From Gnetum montanum (Eukaryota > Plantae > Gnetophyta), in contig MNCI01001491.1 of assembly GCA_015680685.1 (NCBI GenBank), positions 7,546-71,545 of the forward strand: 64,000 nucleotides of DNA, written 5' to 3'. The translations under genes were made by a program, and so were the position numbers. Every line of letters begins with the position of its first letter. The first letter of the stretch is position 1. Shown piece by piece: positions 38,261 through 51,166 of the stretch. The notes beneath the pieces are model-generated. The model did no database searches. It had not been told where the DNA came from and was given only the letters and a program-made list of their open reading frames with translations.

Positions 38261-38319
38261 GCTATCAAAGGATTGCCAAAGGCTTAAGGATATTGGCAAT
38301 TTTTTCATCATTCACCAAC

Positions 38320-40260
38320 ATGTACAAGAGGAAGGCTTCTACTAGCAAGAATCTAGCCTTGGAGGAGGTTGATGTAGCTATTAAAGACATCTTCAACTTC
38401 CCACAATCATTGGTTGGTGAAGGCTCTACTTCCATGACTACCAGGTACACAAATTCTTGGCCATTTTATGCAAAATCGTGCTAAAACCCTAAGCATTTTT
38501 GCTTGTGTAGAATTATGTATAGCATATATTTGAATTTTGTAAAATTCCTATATTATATCTAGGTTCTTTTCAAGGGATTTCAGTGTTACTTGAATTTTAG
38601 GGTTGGTCAACACTATGTTATAAATTTTGTTTCAATCAATTCTATGTGTTTTATGCCCTTTTTCCTCTAAAAATCAATGCCACTTTTGTATTTTGTTACA
38701 TGAAATTCGCTAAGAAATTAATTTTTATGTTGATAGGATTGTTGCCTACTTTTTTCTATGCAACTAGTTGTTGAACCCCTGAATTCTAACCTATGGTTGA
38801 TTTTCTACAAATTTTTCCATAAGCCAATGTATAATGGGTTTTCAGTTTTTGGCCATTTTTTATGTTATTTTGGTACTTTTTCATACCAAAATGGTTAATA
38901 ATTTTTGTGTTTTCAAGTTTTTCATTTTTATTTTATCTTTTTATAGTTCAAATGGTTTTTAAATCATTGAATTTTAATTTTTGGTGAATTTTTCAGTGAG
39001 TTGGTGCAAAGTGAGGTTTTTGGCTTTCATGGTTTTCTCATGTTACTTTTGCAATTTTTTTTCTACAAGAATAGTTAGGAAATTTTGCGTTTTTAGGTTT
39101 TGGGTTTTTTTTTTGTGGTTTAATGGTTTTAACATTTGTGGAATCATTGAATTTGAATTTACAATTAGTTTTCTATGAATTTTTTCATAGATCTGTGTAT
39201 GTTGAAAATTTTAGTTTTTATGGCTTTACCCCTATGAAAGTTATTAATGTAGACACCTAGAAAATGTTTTTAGCCAACGTCCTAGGTTTCTAGGGATTCT
39301 TTGAGTTGTTAGGGAGGATTGAGTATTGGTTTTAGTAAAATTAAAAACATTTTGATATTTTTCATTAGTGATTCCCTATGGCCATCTTCTATAGTTTTGT
39401 GTTGTAAAATTCTTGATTAGATTTGGTTATGGTTTTAGATTGTTGTAAAAACGTTTTCTAGACTTAAGGCTATAGCATAGATGTCCAATTTTGTTGAATT
39501 TCATGTATACTCAATTCCAAGCCTTGGGAAAAAAATTTAGTTCTAAATTGTCATTTTTGTTTAAGTGTAAACTACCTCACACAGTTGTAGTTTTAGTTGT
39601 AAACACTGCAAGCCTCCTTGGTTATGTAGGTAGTGGTGGGGTAGTTATTGTATTTTTCTCATAGTGTTCAAGGGTTCATGAGGTTATTTATGTGTTATAT
39701 TTTAGCATTGGGGTAGTTATTGTATTTTTGTGGTAGTGTTCACGGGTTCATGAGGTTATTTACATTTTATATTTTAGTTTTCAATAGTCACTTGAATTTT
39801 TATAAACTTTTTTAACCAACCTCCTAGAGTGTTTACTACAGCTAATCTCACTATTAACTAGGATTTTTAGTAAAAATTTTGTAAAATTCAATTTGATCTT
39901 TTATAACTATTATAGTAGGTACAAGCTAGTTCTCATGGCCTTAATGTTTCCACATAAAAACTTTATTATTTTTATCTATATCTCACCGTGGAACTATTAT
40001 CAATTGTTGGTTGACTACTTAGTTTTACTTGCTCTTTCATGAAAGTTATTCATAGGTTTGCTTTAGTTCTAAGTGGTTAAAATTGTGGATTTGGCTTCCC
40101 ATTGTGTTGATTACTGATTAAAGTTATGTTAATATGGCACAGGTACTAGGTGATGCTAGTAGCCCTAGTGGTGAAGATGAAAGTACTCCTCAACCCCCTC
40201 CAGTAGTCCCTAAGTACCATCATTTGATTATTCTCTTTGGTTATTTCATTTGCAGTTGAA
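38320..40260 (+). pseudogene. Internally deleted copy of the antisense accessory gene (copy D): exon 1, intron 1, last intron, last exon
   Basis: Exon 1 at 38320-38444 reads MYKRKASTSKNLALEEVDVAIKDIFNFPQSLVGEGSTSMTTR|GT (phase 2, as in C). Last intron 40056-40142 is GT-AG. The last exon VLGDASSPSGEDESTPQPPP matches C's VQGDISNPSGEGGDDPPFPPP. Confidence 0.75.
39637..39777 (+). repeat. ~72-bp tandem duplication
   Basis: TGGGGTAGTTATTGTATTTTT...GGGTTCATGAGGTTATTTA occurs twice. Confidence 0.85.
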
Positions 40261-40544
40261 TTCTTGTTGTTATGATGTTGTGGCTAGAGTTAGCCATGGA
40301 TGTTTGAGAGACAATTTATTATTTCATGTATCGTTTAAACCTTTGTAATGCTATGTGAAAAACATTATTATTGTTATTATTAAATTTTAATTTTGATTAT
40401 ATGTATTGATGCTTAATGTTTTATTCATGTTATATATTTTATGTTTTCATTTGTGTTATAAGGTTACGTTGTCTACATATGTAAAATGGATAGAATGTAA
40501 ACTAGGTTGTAAGCTAAGTTGTAAATAGGTTATAATATATTTTC

Positions 40545-41121
40545 TAGTTTTAGGACATGGCTGGCCATATGCATTGCAAATTTTAAGCCATGGTAGGCCA
40601 TACGATTTGCCAATTTTAGGCCATAGTGGGCTATGCATTTTGCTAGTTTGAGGCCATAGTGGACCATATGTCATTTGCTAGTTTTAGCCCATGGTAAGCC
40701 ATGTGTTTTGCTAGTTCTGGGCCATAGTGGATTGTGCATTTTGCCAATTTTAGGCTATAGAAGGTTGTGTGTTTTGCTAGTTTTATGCCATAGTAGGTCA
40801 TGTGTTTTGCCAGTTTTAGGCAATAGCAGGTCGTACATCATTTGCTAATTTTAGGACAAGGCAAGCCATGCATTTTTTCAATTTTAGGCCCTAATAGGCC
40901 ATGCATTTTGCCAATTTTAGGCCATAGGGAACCATACAATTTACCAATTTTAGGCCATGGCGAGCCCCACATGTTTGCCAGTTTTAGGCCATAGTAGATT
41001 ATACATTGTTTGCTAGTTCTAAGCCATGGTAGGCCATGGAAGGCCATATGTTATTTGCTAAATCTAGGCCATGGTAGGTCATACGATTTGCTAATTTTAG
41101 GCCATGGCAGGCCATACAATT
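40545..41121 (-). repeat. ~33-bp tandem repeat array (~17 units) downstream of gag-protease in D
   Basis: Plus-strand unit is approximately (T/C)AGTTTTAGGCCATGGTAGGCCATxxxxTTTGC. The same motif occurs at 21593-21650, 7075-7450, 11155-11520 and 29650-30020. Confidence 0.9.
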
Positions 41122-41378
41122 TGGAAAGAAAGAAAATTTTTATCATTTTTACGTTTTAAAATTTTTATGATTTTTTAGGCTTTAACATTTTTATGGTATT
41201 TTTCATGTTTTATGCTCTAAGAAAAAGGCATAAGAGGTAAATTGTAAATGAAAATGAATCTTAGGCTATGCATGAAGTTAAGTAATGTAAAATAAAGTAA
41301 AGCAAAATGATGCATGCAAATAATGTTTAAACTAGGCTAAGGAGGGTATCAGAAATGAGGGCTACATGGTTATAGGTG

Positions 41379-42174
41379 TGATGAGCCACGAGGTATCCCT
41401 ACGCTCAACCATATCAATACGAGCATCCACGCATGATCTGGTCAAATTTCAAGGACTAAGTGCTTATGCGCCTTTGTGGAACAAGAATGGGTCGATCAAT
41501 CATTGTCTTCCCAAGCTTACTTGTATGTCATGATTATATGGTTAAGTAAACTTGAGGCATATGATTTTTATACTTTTTATGTTTTTATGTCCTGCTGTTA
41601 ATAAGAGAGGAGAGAGATAACTAAGTAAATAATTTAATTTGACTACTTATTAACTAGGCTCTAACTGATCCTAACACCAGTATTCGTTCTCACTTGCCGT
41701 ACACACTCTAAACTAGTGCAACACTACTGGGATTACCAAACGCTAATCATTACTAGGTTACCAAGTGTTACGCACATGCTCGAAATGAGCGTACTATGTG
41801 TGCTCACTTAGGAGAGTTGTAGGGTGAGAGAGAATCATTAATTAACTAAGGAAAGCATTAAGTAATAGTAATTAACATTAATTAATCTATTCTCAATGCT
41901 GCAAGTTTTATCACAAAGTTCGTCTTTATTGCTATACACAAGGTGTGCTCAGGTACACAATGCTCGAATAAAGATCCATTCACTTTATGACTCTTACTAT
42001 GAGCATGTAGAAATAATTCTAACTCTGAGAGGGAGAAAAGGCAAGAGTTTGGGTAAGGAACTAAGACTAACTATGCAAACCAAGTGTGCTTGCCTCTTAT
42101 TTATAGGAAATGAGGCAGGCTGCGATATTGTGTATGTGATATCACATGGAAGGCCACGATATCATGGCTCATCA
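41379..42174 (-). repeat. 3' LTR of E
   Basis: Direct repeat of 56570-57382, differing mostly by transitions. Terminal inverted repeat TGATGAGCCA/TGGCTCATCA. PPT-like sequence adjacent at 42175-42186. Confidence 0.95.
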
Positions 42175-42329
42175 TACCCTCACGACTAAATGAAAACTCA
42201 TCCTCAAGTTCCTTACAAAATATTGGGAAGGTATGAAATTATTGACTGAATGAGAACTCATAGTGGTAGGGAATAACAGACTCAAAGTGCTTGGTGAACA
42301 GATCGACAAACATATTACAACATTGGTGT

Positions 42330-43400
42330 TCACATCCTTTGTGGTGAACATTGTACATGGATGACATCCAGACCTTCACTTGATAGCATGAAGAGAAAGA
42401 GAGAGAAAAGAAAATGAGGTGTGTTACTACCAATGTCGAGATTGTGCCCTCCATTGTTTATCCATAGCCACACGACCAAACTTTTTCCCGGTGTAAACAT
42501 TCTAGCTCCATTCCATACCAAGTGCTTCCTCCTATTCCAGTCCATAGTTTGTGTAATTGCCATATTGACACACAACACAGTCACAAATGTGCAAGGATAA
42601 GTAAGCAACACTGCAATTGATACCTTTCCTTGATGTAAAGTGCATTGGCTAGGTTGTGGTTATGATAGAAACTAGGTTAGAGGTTTATTACTGATAACTA
42701 TCCAAGGTGTAGGGGTTAGACAAGTAGTAGAATGGAGATATTGAAAAATTTGTGCTAGGGCCCCCATGACTAAGAGCGAACCTTCAATAGCAATAAGATG
42801 GAAAAATATAAGGAACAAGAAAGATGGAAAAAATAACAACCAGAACACCAATAAAGTGGATGTTAAAGATGGGGATGAAATGAGAAATGGTTGATTGCAG
42901 ATAATGTTTAAGGAAAAGAACTTAATAATTGCACCAAAAAGGAATTCCAATGGATCATCCCCAAAGTAGGCTCATGCCCTAATGAACCCATAAACAAAAG
43001 AGTTTGTAGGCTCTAGGAATGTCATTTGGAAGCAAGAGTTAAAAAAACTTATTCACAAGAGTTTACTAAGGAAAAACAATGCATCAACCAAGATATGGAC
43101 TAATCATAAAACTAGCAATGAGATGGAAAATGGAAATAAAGATAGAGAGTAGAAATAGAATGGAATCCCAAGAGCAAAGTTGTGTAAAGTCCCTTGTGTA
43201 TGTCATAGTTAATATGACTAAGTAAAAATCATTCCAAATCTGGACTTAAACCAACCATACTCAGTGACCTCACATCAATACAATTGGCCAATCCATCCTC
43301 TTGAAGCAATAAGAATGCCTCCACAAAGATTCACCACTATCCCAAGGAGAGCAAGATGAAGAAGCAGGATGCGACAAAGGGCCTTAGTTAGAGGGAACCT
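42330..43400 (-). pseudogene. Degenerate hydrophobic (env-like, multi-TM) 3' ORF of E
   Basis: Frame PFSISLLVL*LVHILVDALFF...AYFGDDPLEFLFGAIIKFF...LLVFWLLFFPSFLFLIFFHLIAIEGSLLVMGAL is conserved with F, with several synonymous third-position changes. Confidence 0.55.
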
Positions 43401-44229
43401 TCAGGCATGGGTAACATGCCTTTCCAGTGCCATAACTAGTGCTTGTAGCCCATATTGCTTTATTATGTCTAAGGGGTATGCTTTGAATTCCCACTTTTTT
43501 TTTTGCGTGAGAACCACACCATGCAAAGACTTATTTTTATTCACTCAACTTCCTAATATTTGATCAATGGAAGAATGGCAAAAAACCCAAGAAAAAGCAT
43601 CCAAGAACCAAAATAATGGCCAGCACAAATGCATCGAATCCCCTTGAATTCACACCCTTTTCAACCATTGAGTCCTTCCTTTAGTTTAAAAAATACCAAG
43701 CCACCAATTTATTAAGAAGTTGATTAGAAAAAAAAGGGACTATATAGTTCCAAGCCAAGGAAGACTACAAAGTTAAATACATGAATGGACGACGTGGATT
43801 CATTGCCTGTTTTATCAAAAGAACCATATCATAATATCAGCATCATAATTCAAAGGTAAAAACCAAACACTAGCAATCAACATTATTATGATACAATCCA
43901 CCATCATGAGCACTTATTGTATGACGAATGAAAGTAAATCAAACAAAGAAATAGTAAAAATATGAACGATGGTGTAAGACAAAAAATAAGTAAAATTGAA
44001 AAATGTGTAAAACAAAAAAGATGTAAAACAAAAAATACAAAAAGGGATGAGGGCCTAGAATGGTTGGCATAGGTGGCCATCTCCCCCACGACTGAGTTGG
44101 AAGGAGGACATCTGAAATAGTTAGCAAGGTTATCCACCAACAGAGGTAGTATGAGTACTGGCTAATCTAAGCTCATGGAAAGGTTTGGTTTGTTGGATGT
44201 TGACCAATAGTTTCTTATCCAGGCTTTCA

Positions 44230-47012
44230 AGTTTGTATATCATCATGGCCCTTGAAGGAAAAGTTGCATGAATGACATAAGGTCCTTCCCACAGCATTTG
44301 AAATTTGGTACATTGTGGCCCATGTGTGGGATTCCAGTAGAGAACCTTATCTCCTGGTTGATAGTTAACTTTCCTAATTCTAAGGTCATGACATTAAAGG
44401 CCTTGTGCAATTCCTTAGATGAAAGGGTGGCCAATCAGTTCTCATCTAGTAGGTTAAGGATCATCAACTGTTGTTTTTGTGCTAGATCGAGATCTAGGTT
44501 GAGCTCACATGCTGTGGATAGTATACGAAGCTCAGTTTGAATGGGAAGCATTGGTAATTTACCGTACACTAACTCATAGGGAGAGTAGCCTATAGGGAGT
44601 TTCCATGTGGAGTGGTATGCCCAAAGAGCATCATTTAATTTAGTGCTCCAGTCTCACCTAAACTTGCTAATGGTTCTTGTAAATATCTTTGTAATCTTCC
44701 TATTGGTGACTTCGGCTTGACCATTCGCTTGGGGGTGATATGGTGTAGTTAGTTTGTGCTCAACCCCTAAGCGTTGCATTAATTTTTGAAAATTTGCACC
44801 TGTGAATTATGTACCATTGTTTGAAATAAGTGCACGAGGCACACCAAACCTATTTATGATTTGTTGTTGAATAAATTATGCAACTGTAGATGATGTACAA
44901 TCCTTAACAATAACTGCTTCTACCCATTTTGTAAGGTAATCAACGACAATAATAATATAAGCTTTTTCATTGGACATTGGTGTAATTAACCCCATAAAAT
45001 CAATTTCCCAAATGTCTAAGGGTTCTAAAGGTTGGATCCATTTTTGCTGATCCTCCATTTTAGCAGTCATCCCCCCATCATGTTGACAACACTCACAAGA
45101 TTGGATGAAATGATGGGCGTCCCAGAACAATGTAGGCCAATAATATCCTATAAGCAAGATCTTAATGGTTGTTTGTCTACCAGTGCAATGACCCCCCCAA
45201 GAACCCCCATAGTATCTTGGAAAACTTGTAGTTCATCCCTTGGTCCATTCAAAGTTTGAGCTTCTTTTTTAAAGTTTGAAAAGCTAGTTCGCATCCCTTG
45301 GTCCATTCAAAGGTACATCCTTTTTCTTTAGTTCAACCAATGATTTTGCAACCTTAGAAAAATTCTCAATAAAGCTTCTATAGTAGCTAGTGTATCTAAG
45401 GAATGACAAGATATGTTTTACAGTTTCTAGTTGACAGGTAATTCCTTGGATAACTTTGATCTTTTCAAGGTCTGCCTCTATCCCTATTTATGATATCTTA
45501 TGCCCTAATACTATGCCTTCTTGGACCATTAAATGGCTTTTTTGCTAGTTGAGCCTTAAATTGGTTTCTACACATCATTTTAATACTTGCTCTAACTAGT
45601 CCAAGGCTTGATCAAAGTTTTCTCCATAGGTGAAGAATTCTTCCATGAAGACCTCCACACCGTTTCCTATCTGCTACTAGAATATGCTTAGAACTAATCG
45701 TTGAAATGTTGCAGGGGCATTGCACAAGCCAAATAGCATCTGTTTGTATGCAAATGTTCCCCAAAGATTAGTGAATGTAGTCTTGGCTTGGTCTTCTAGG
45801 GCTATTTGTATTTGGGTGTACCACTATACCCATCCAAAAAACTATAGTGGTGATGCCTTGTGATGGTGTCTAAGACTTTGTCAACGAATGGCAATGGAAA
45901 GTGGTCCTTAAATGTTGCCATATTTAGTTGCCTGAAATCTATGCAAACCCTCCATTTGCCTCCCTTTTTAGGCACAATAACTAAGGGACTAACCCATTCA
46001 CTATCAGCAATGGGGTAGATGAACCCAACTTTTAGAAGTTGTTCAATTTCTTCACTTGCTTTAGTTTTGGGTTTAATCATCTCTACGGTTATCTTCGAGG
46101 CTTCATGGAGGGGTTAGTGGAAATTCTATGTTGGCATATCCTAGGATCTATTCCAGTTAATTTGGGATATGACCAAGTGAATGCTTTCAACCATTTATTT
46201 ATCACCTTCAATAGTCTTTCTTTCTGTTGAGGAGCAAGCATCACACTAATAATTACTGGTTTTTCATTTTTAAGAAACATGTATTCCATACTGGTGGGTA
46301 ATGGTTTTAGCTCAAGGGGCTCTTGCTTAAACTTATCAGGGATTTTCAACTTCCCCCAGTTGATATTTTCAAGGTCAAGACTTGGAAGTTCGCAATGGAC
46401 TTGCTCTAATGTGTCTATGCTATCGATGTAAGCACAAGTCAAACCCTTAGTTGGTTCCATGCATATAGTTGAACTACTCTCTTGATTAGTTGTCACCACT
46501 GGGTGTCTTCTTATCTTGTGGCTGCTACATATAGACATCTTTGTATATTAGTCACTTCTGCACATTGGTTGCATGTAGGCAATGTTAAAATTTGTACAAA
46601 CCATGACTTCTGCATGCAATTACACCTTGTGTCATTGTATGCGATGCATGGAACTTTCTTCTTCTCAATCTTTCCAAATGTATTTTCCTTTAATATTTCT
46701 ATGGAAAGATCATGGATTCCTAGGCACACGTCAATTGTGCTTAGCCATGCTCTTCCCATTATGATTGGGAAGTCCCCCTTACCACCCACAAACAATGGTG
46801 ACAATGTCCTCCACTAGTCCCAATGGGATAGTGATGGACTGGTTGACCAACTCTAAATGAATGTTACTCTTTTTTAGTAGAGGCAGGTTCCAGGCCTTGT
46901 ACATTTCTTCAGAAATCAAGTTGACACCAGAACTTGAATCCAAAAAAGCTTTTCACAGCTCATTTTCAACAATTTGTAGATATATCAAAGGACTCCCAAG
47001 ATCAGAGAATTT
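44230..47012 (-). pseudogene. pol: pol pseudogene of E: protease-RT-(RNase H missing)-integrase
   Basis: Protease KAFLDSSSGVNLI. RT PIADSEWVSPLVIVPKKGGKWRVCIDFRQLN and FLDGYSG. Integrase GYYWPTLF..CECCQ, WEIDFMG, DYLTKWVEA and PYHPQANGQAEVTN. Confidence 0.95.
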
Positions 47013-47017
47013 CCTAG

Positions 47018-47809
47018 TGATGAGCCACCATATCGCGTACGCAATATTGCATCCACCACGCGATATCGTGTCCTGCCTCGTCTTCTATAAATAAGAGGTG
47101 GCGCCCTTTGTTCAAGGGGGTTAGACTTAGACCCTTAGCCAAATTCTTGTAGTTTAGTCATTCCAAAGTTAGAATTATTTCTGTGTGCCTACAGTAGGAA
47201 TCATAGCGTGAACGGATCTTTATTCGAGCAATTTGTACCTGAGCACAATTTTGTGTACGACAATAAAAACAAAATTTATGATAACCCTTGTAGTATAACA
47301 GATTAAGATAATTAGAAATTAATAATTGTTTAATGCTTTCTTAGTTAATTAATCTCTTTCTCAACCTTCAACCCCCTTAGTTAAATACACTTAGTACGAC
47401 TTCTTCGAGCATGCGTGTAGCGCTTGGTAACCCAGTAATGATTAGCATTTGGTAATCCCAGCAGTGTTGCACTAGTTCAAAATGTGTACAAAAAGTGGAA
47501 ATGGATACTGGTGTTAGGAAAATTTAGAAACTAGTTAATGAATAGTTAATGTAATTTAGTCACTTAGTTCTCTCTCCATTTCCTTTATTAGCAGAAGACA
47601 TAAAAAGACAAAAGCTATAAAAATCATATACCTTAAGCTTACTTAACCATATAACCGTGATAATACAAGTAAGTTTGGGAAGACAACGATTGATTAATCC
47701 TGAGTGTTCCATTAAGGCGCGTAAGCACTTAGTCCTTGGAGTTTGACCAGATCATGCATGAAACGCTCGTATTCGTATGGTTGAGTGTAGGGATACCTCG
47801 CACTCATCA
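47018..47809 (+). repeat. 5' LTR of F
   Basis: TGATGAG...CTCATCA. TATA element CTATAAATA at ~47084. Repeated at 53082-53874. Confidence 0.95.
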
Positions 47810-47810
47810 T

Positions 47811-47828
47811 TGGCATCGTTGCCAGGGA
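47811..47828 (+). promoter_or_regulatory. PBS of F (tRNA-Asp type)
   Basis: TGGCATCGTTGCCAGGGA resembles TGGCGCCGTTGCCGGGGA, typical of Athila elements. Confidence 0.88.
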
Positions 47829-47924
47829 CTTAGTTGTTTGTGCACTGCGTAGAACATAGGAAATCATCCATATCATTAGAATGTTAGAATGAACCCTTAG
47901 GGTTAATCAAAGAAAGATAAGACA

Positions 47925-50900
47925 ATGGTACATCACACATCGAACAAGACAAAATATCTTCTTCTTCTCATAAGAGCACTTCACTGCCTAGGACTAACAC
48001 AAGAGGTAGTTGGCGGCATAATACACATAACCAGAATCTGCTAGCTCCTTAACAGTTTTGTGTGGTATATATTCATCCTGATGAGTATGTATCCAACTTC
48101 ACCTTTATTCTCCACCAAGATGAACAACTACGTTGGAGAGACTTGGAGGGTAACATAGTGTTGCCTCTAGACCAATCAATTCTCAACATGCTCCTTCATG
48201 CTCTCTCACGAACAGGCATGCCTCTTTTATATGGAGAATATGTTGCATGCGATCATGACACAAGGGACTATCATCCCACATAAGTGCAACATCAAAGGGA
48301 CTTGCGACAAGAGAAATACCATACATCCTTGAAGGGTAAATGGCCCCATGATGCTCTGCACATTTTGAGCAAAATTGAGGATGGTAAACTTGCTTCAACA
48401 GGTTCCCCACGAAATGATGTTCCTCCTCCTGACAATGGTCAAGAGGTAGTGTATCAGAACCTCCACTCCACTATTCACAACCCTAGTTCTGATACCCATG
48501 AACACAAAGTATTCAATGAAAGAATGCAAACATATGATAAGGGCAGACGTTCTGATTCCGATCACGATCGAGGTCAGGACCATCGAAGAGAAGGTGGAAA
48601 ACATCGTCATGGTGATGGTTCTTCTTCTTATTCACCTTCATCATCACCTTCACCCTCTCCTTCAGTGTCTAGATGCAGTTATAGGGAAACCAATCATGAG
48701 GATAAAGGAAAAAAAAGTGAAAAACATCAACGGGACAGTCGAGAATGAGGACAAGGGTACTCTAAGGAATCAGGGCATAGAACAAGGGAGAGTAGGGAAC
48801 CTCGTAGACACCATAGACACTATGAACGAGATGATCATGATGAACCCCTACTTGCAACTAGAAGCATGCTAGATATAATGAAGGCTATAAGAGTTCCAAC
48901 AAGGCACCAAAAGGATACTAGGATCAAGAGGTTAGACATGAATAACATCCCATGATTTGAAGGGGGATACATCGTTGATCCTCAAAATAATTTACAAGCA
49001 TTCCACGATGCATGTGCCTTGCAAAACATAGAAAATGAATGGAAAAAACTGAAGTTGTTCCCAAGGATACTAGTGAAATAAGTTGAAAGCTAGTACCGGT
49101 CCTTAGAATTGGAATCCAATCGGAGGTGGAGTACAATGTTAAAATTGTTCAATGATAAGTACCTACATACTCGTGAGTGTCTAACCTACAGAAGTAAATC
49201 CAAGGTTGAAAGCAAGGAAATCATGAACCCTTGGATGCTGCCATGGGCCGCTATTACGCACTGTTACATCATTTCCCTGGCCATGGTTATTCACAGTGGG
49301 ATCAACTATGCCATCTCATGGATGGACTTAGGCATGAAACAAGAAGAATCCTTGGGACGTATGCCCAAGGAAGGTTATCGAAGCTTAGGTCTCATCAAAT
49401 TCATAGATTGCTAGAGCAAGTAGCCAAAGAAGAAGGTGAGCTATGAAAGAGAGAAAGTATGGAAGAGAGAAAGTATGGAAGAATACAATTGAGATCCTTC
49501 CCTCCGAAAAAGGGGAGTGAGATTTTGTGAGGAGGAAGAAGAGTCACCACTCGAAGAGATGGTGAATAGGAAAAATTTGCCTCTCCAAAAGTTAACAATA
49601 GAAGTATCGACAAAGGTAGACCAAATATGGGACTCCCTAGATAGTAGGTTTGAAATTGTTCTTAAAATTGTAGATGAGTCTAGGGAGCAAGGTAGTGACC
49701 ACGACAAAAAGAAAAAGAAAGAAGTGAAAAATGCACATAACAAGGGTAAGGGTAAAATGGCCATCATAGAAGAGGTTTTGGATTCAAACACAAACAATGA
49801 TGGTGGATGTGAGATATGCCAATATGACCATCCTAAGGGATGTTGCCCAGTAATCTCACATCTACAAGAGTCTAGGGTGTATGCACTCAACCCATGACTA
49901 AATAAATGGAAAACACCCTGACAGTTACCCTATCCCCAAGGTAACCCAAGGTAGTTCAACCAACCTTCAACATATTATCCAAGTGGGACTCCACCACAAC
50001 CCATTGAGAAACATCAACAATGGCAATACCCACAGTCATGGGGGATGCCACCACCAAGGCAACAATACCCCTATTGGCAACCTGACCCATATGGCTACTA
50101 CATGCAGCATCCAATCTCTCCACGTGACTCTATTAGTGACGTTACACCACAACATCACTACCAAGCTCATGAGTATTATAGAACTCCTTCTCCTAGGAAA
50201 GATAACCCACAAGCATACCATCCTTCAAATCCATCCGTAGCTCTCATATTGATAGCTCCATTACCATCCACTCTAGCAATGCAAGGGGAACTCCCTACGC
50301 AACCACAGTAACGTAATGCCACAAGGGCTGTAAATCCTCAACCCACTGTTAGTTCTAACAATTGTATGAAAAAAAGACCTTTCTTCAGAGCCAACAATCT
50401 AACCAAGCCCTTACAACCACAAGCGGTTGAACCTCTCAATGCCTCCCTATAAAATAAGGCTTTAGAGCTCCCTTCGAACCAAACATTGAGCTCAACACAT
50501 ACGGTTATGTTAACACATGCCGTTACGGATTGGATTAAGGTTGGCCACCTTCCCAGGAAATTCTTTGATCCTGGAAGCCCCCTAATCTATCTCCAAATCG
50601 CTAGGAATGAGCCATGCAAAGCTCTTCTGGACTCAGGTTCTGCAGTCAACTTAATATCACAAGAGATGTACAAAGCCTGGAACCTGCCTCCATTAAGGAA
50701 GACCAATATTTTCCTAGAGTTGGTTGACCAGTCCATCACTGTTCCCTTGGGATTGGTGGAGGACATCGTCACCATTATGTGTGGGTGGTTGTACCCAGTT
50801 GATTTCCTAGTGATACAAGTGAATAATGGTAAAGGGGACTTTCCAATAATAATGGAAAGGGCATGGCTAAGTACTAGAGATGCACACCTAGGAATCCATG

Positions 50901-51166
50901 ATCTTTCCTTGGAAATATCTAAGGAGAACACTTCTGGAAAGATCGAGAAGAAGAAGGTTCCATGCATCGCATATAGTGATACAGGGTGCAATTGCATGCA
51001 GAAATCATGGGTTGTGCAAAGTTTAGCGTTGCCTGCATGCAACCAGTGTGCACAAGACATTAATATACAAAAGTGTCTGTATGCAACAGCCACATGACAA
51101 GAAGACACCTAGTGGCTAATAGCTGATCAAGAGAGCAACTCACTAACATGCATGGAACTAACTAAG
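47925..51166 (+). pseudogene. gag: gag-aspartic protease pseudogene of F
   Basis: Capsid-like region (KLKLFP.., HHFPGHGYSQWDQLCHLMDGL). Protease ORF 50486-51097: DPGSP..KALLDSGSAVNLIS..PVDFLVI..PIIMERAWL. Confidence 0.9.

Noticed and set aside
38265-38450. Minus-strand ORF as the start of the coiled-coil gene
   Set aside because: It is the antisense of exon 1 of the D accessory gene (38320-38444, +).
40545-41121. CRISPR-like array or an 11-aa repeat protein (PWPKIGK...)
   Set aside because: Units are contiguous degenerate tandem repeats with no unique spacers, no cas genes and a eukaryotic TE context. The ORFs arise because 33 is divisible by 3.
48615-48670. YSPSSSPSPSPS in F gag as an RNA Pol II CTD mimic or substrate for the phosphatase-like domain
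   Set aside because: The Tyr is not conserved in E (SLSSSPSSSPSPSPS), it belongs to a different TE family, and it is ordinary low-complexity sequence.
49448-49481. 17-bp tandem duplication in F gag
   Set aside because: A local slippage causing a frameshift, absent from E. No further significance.
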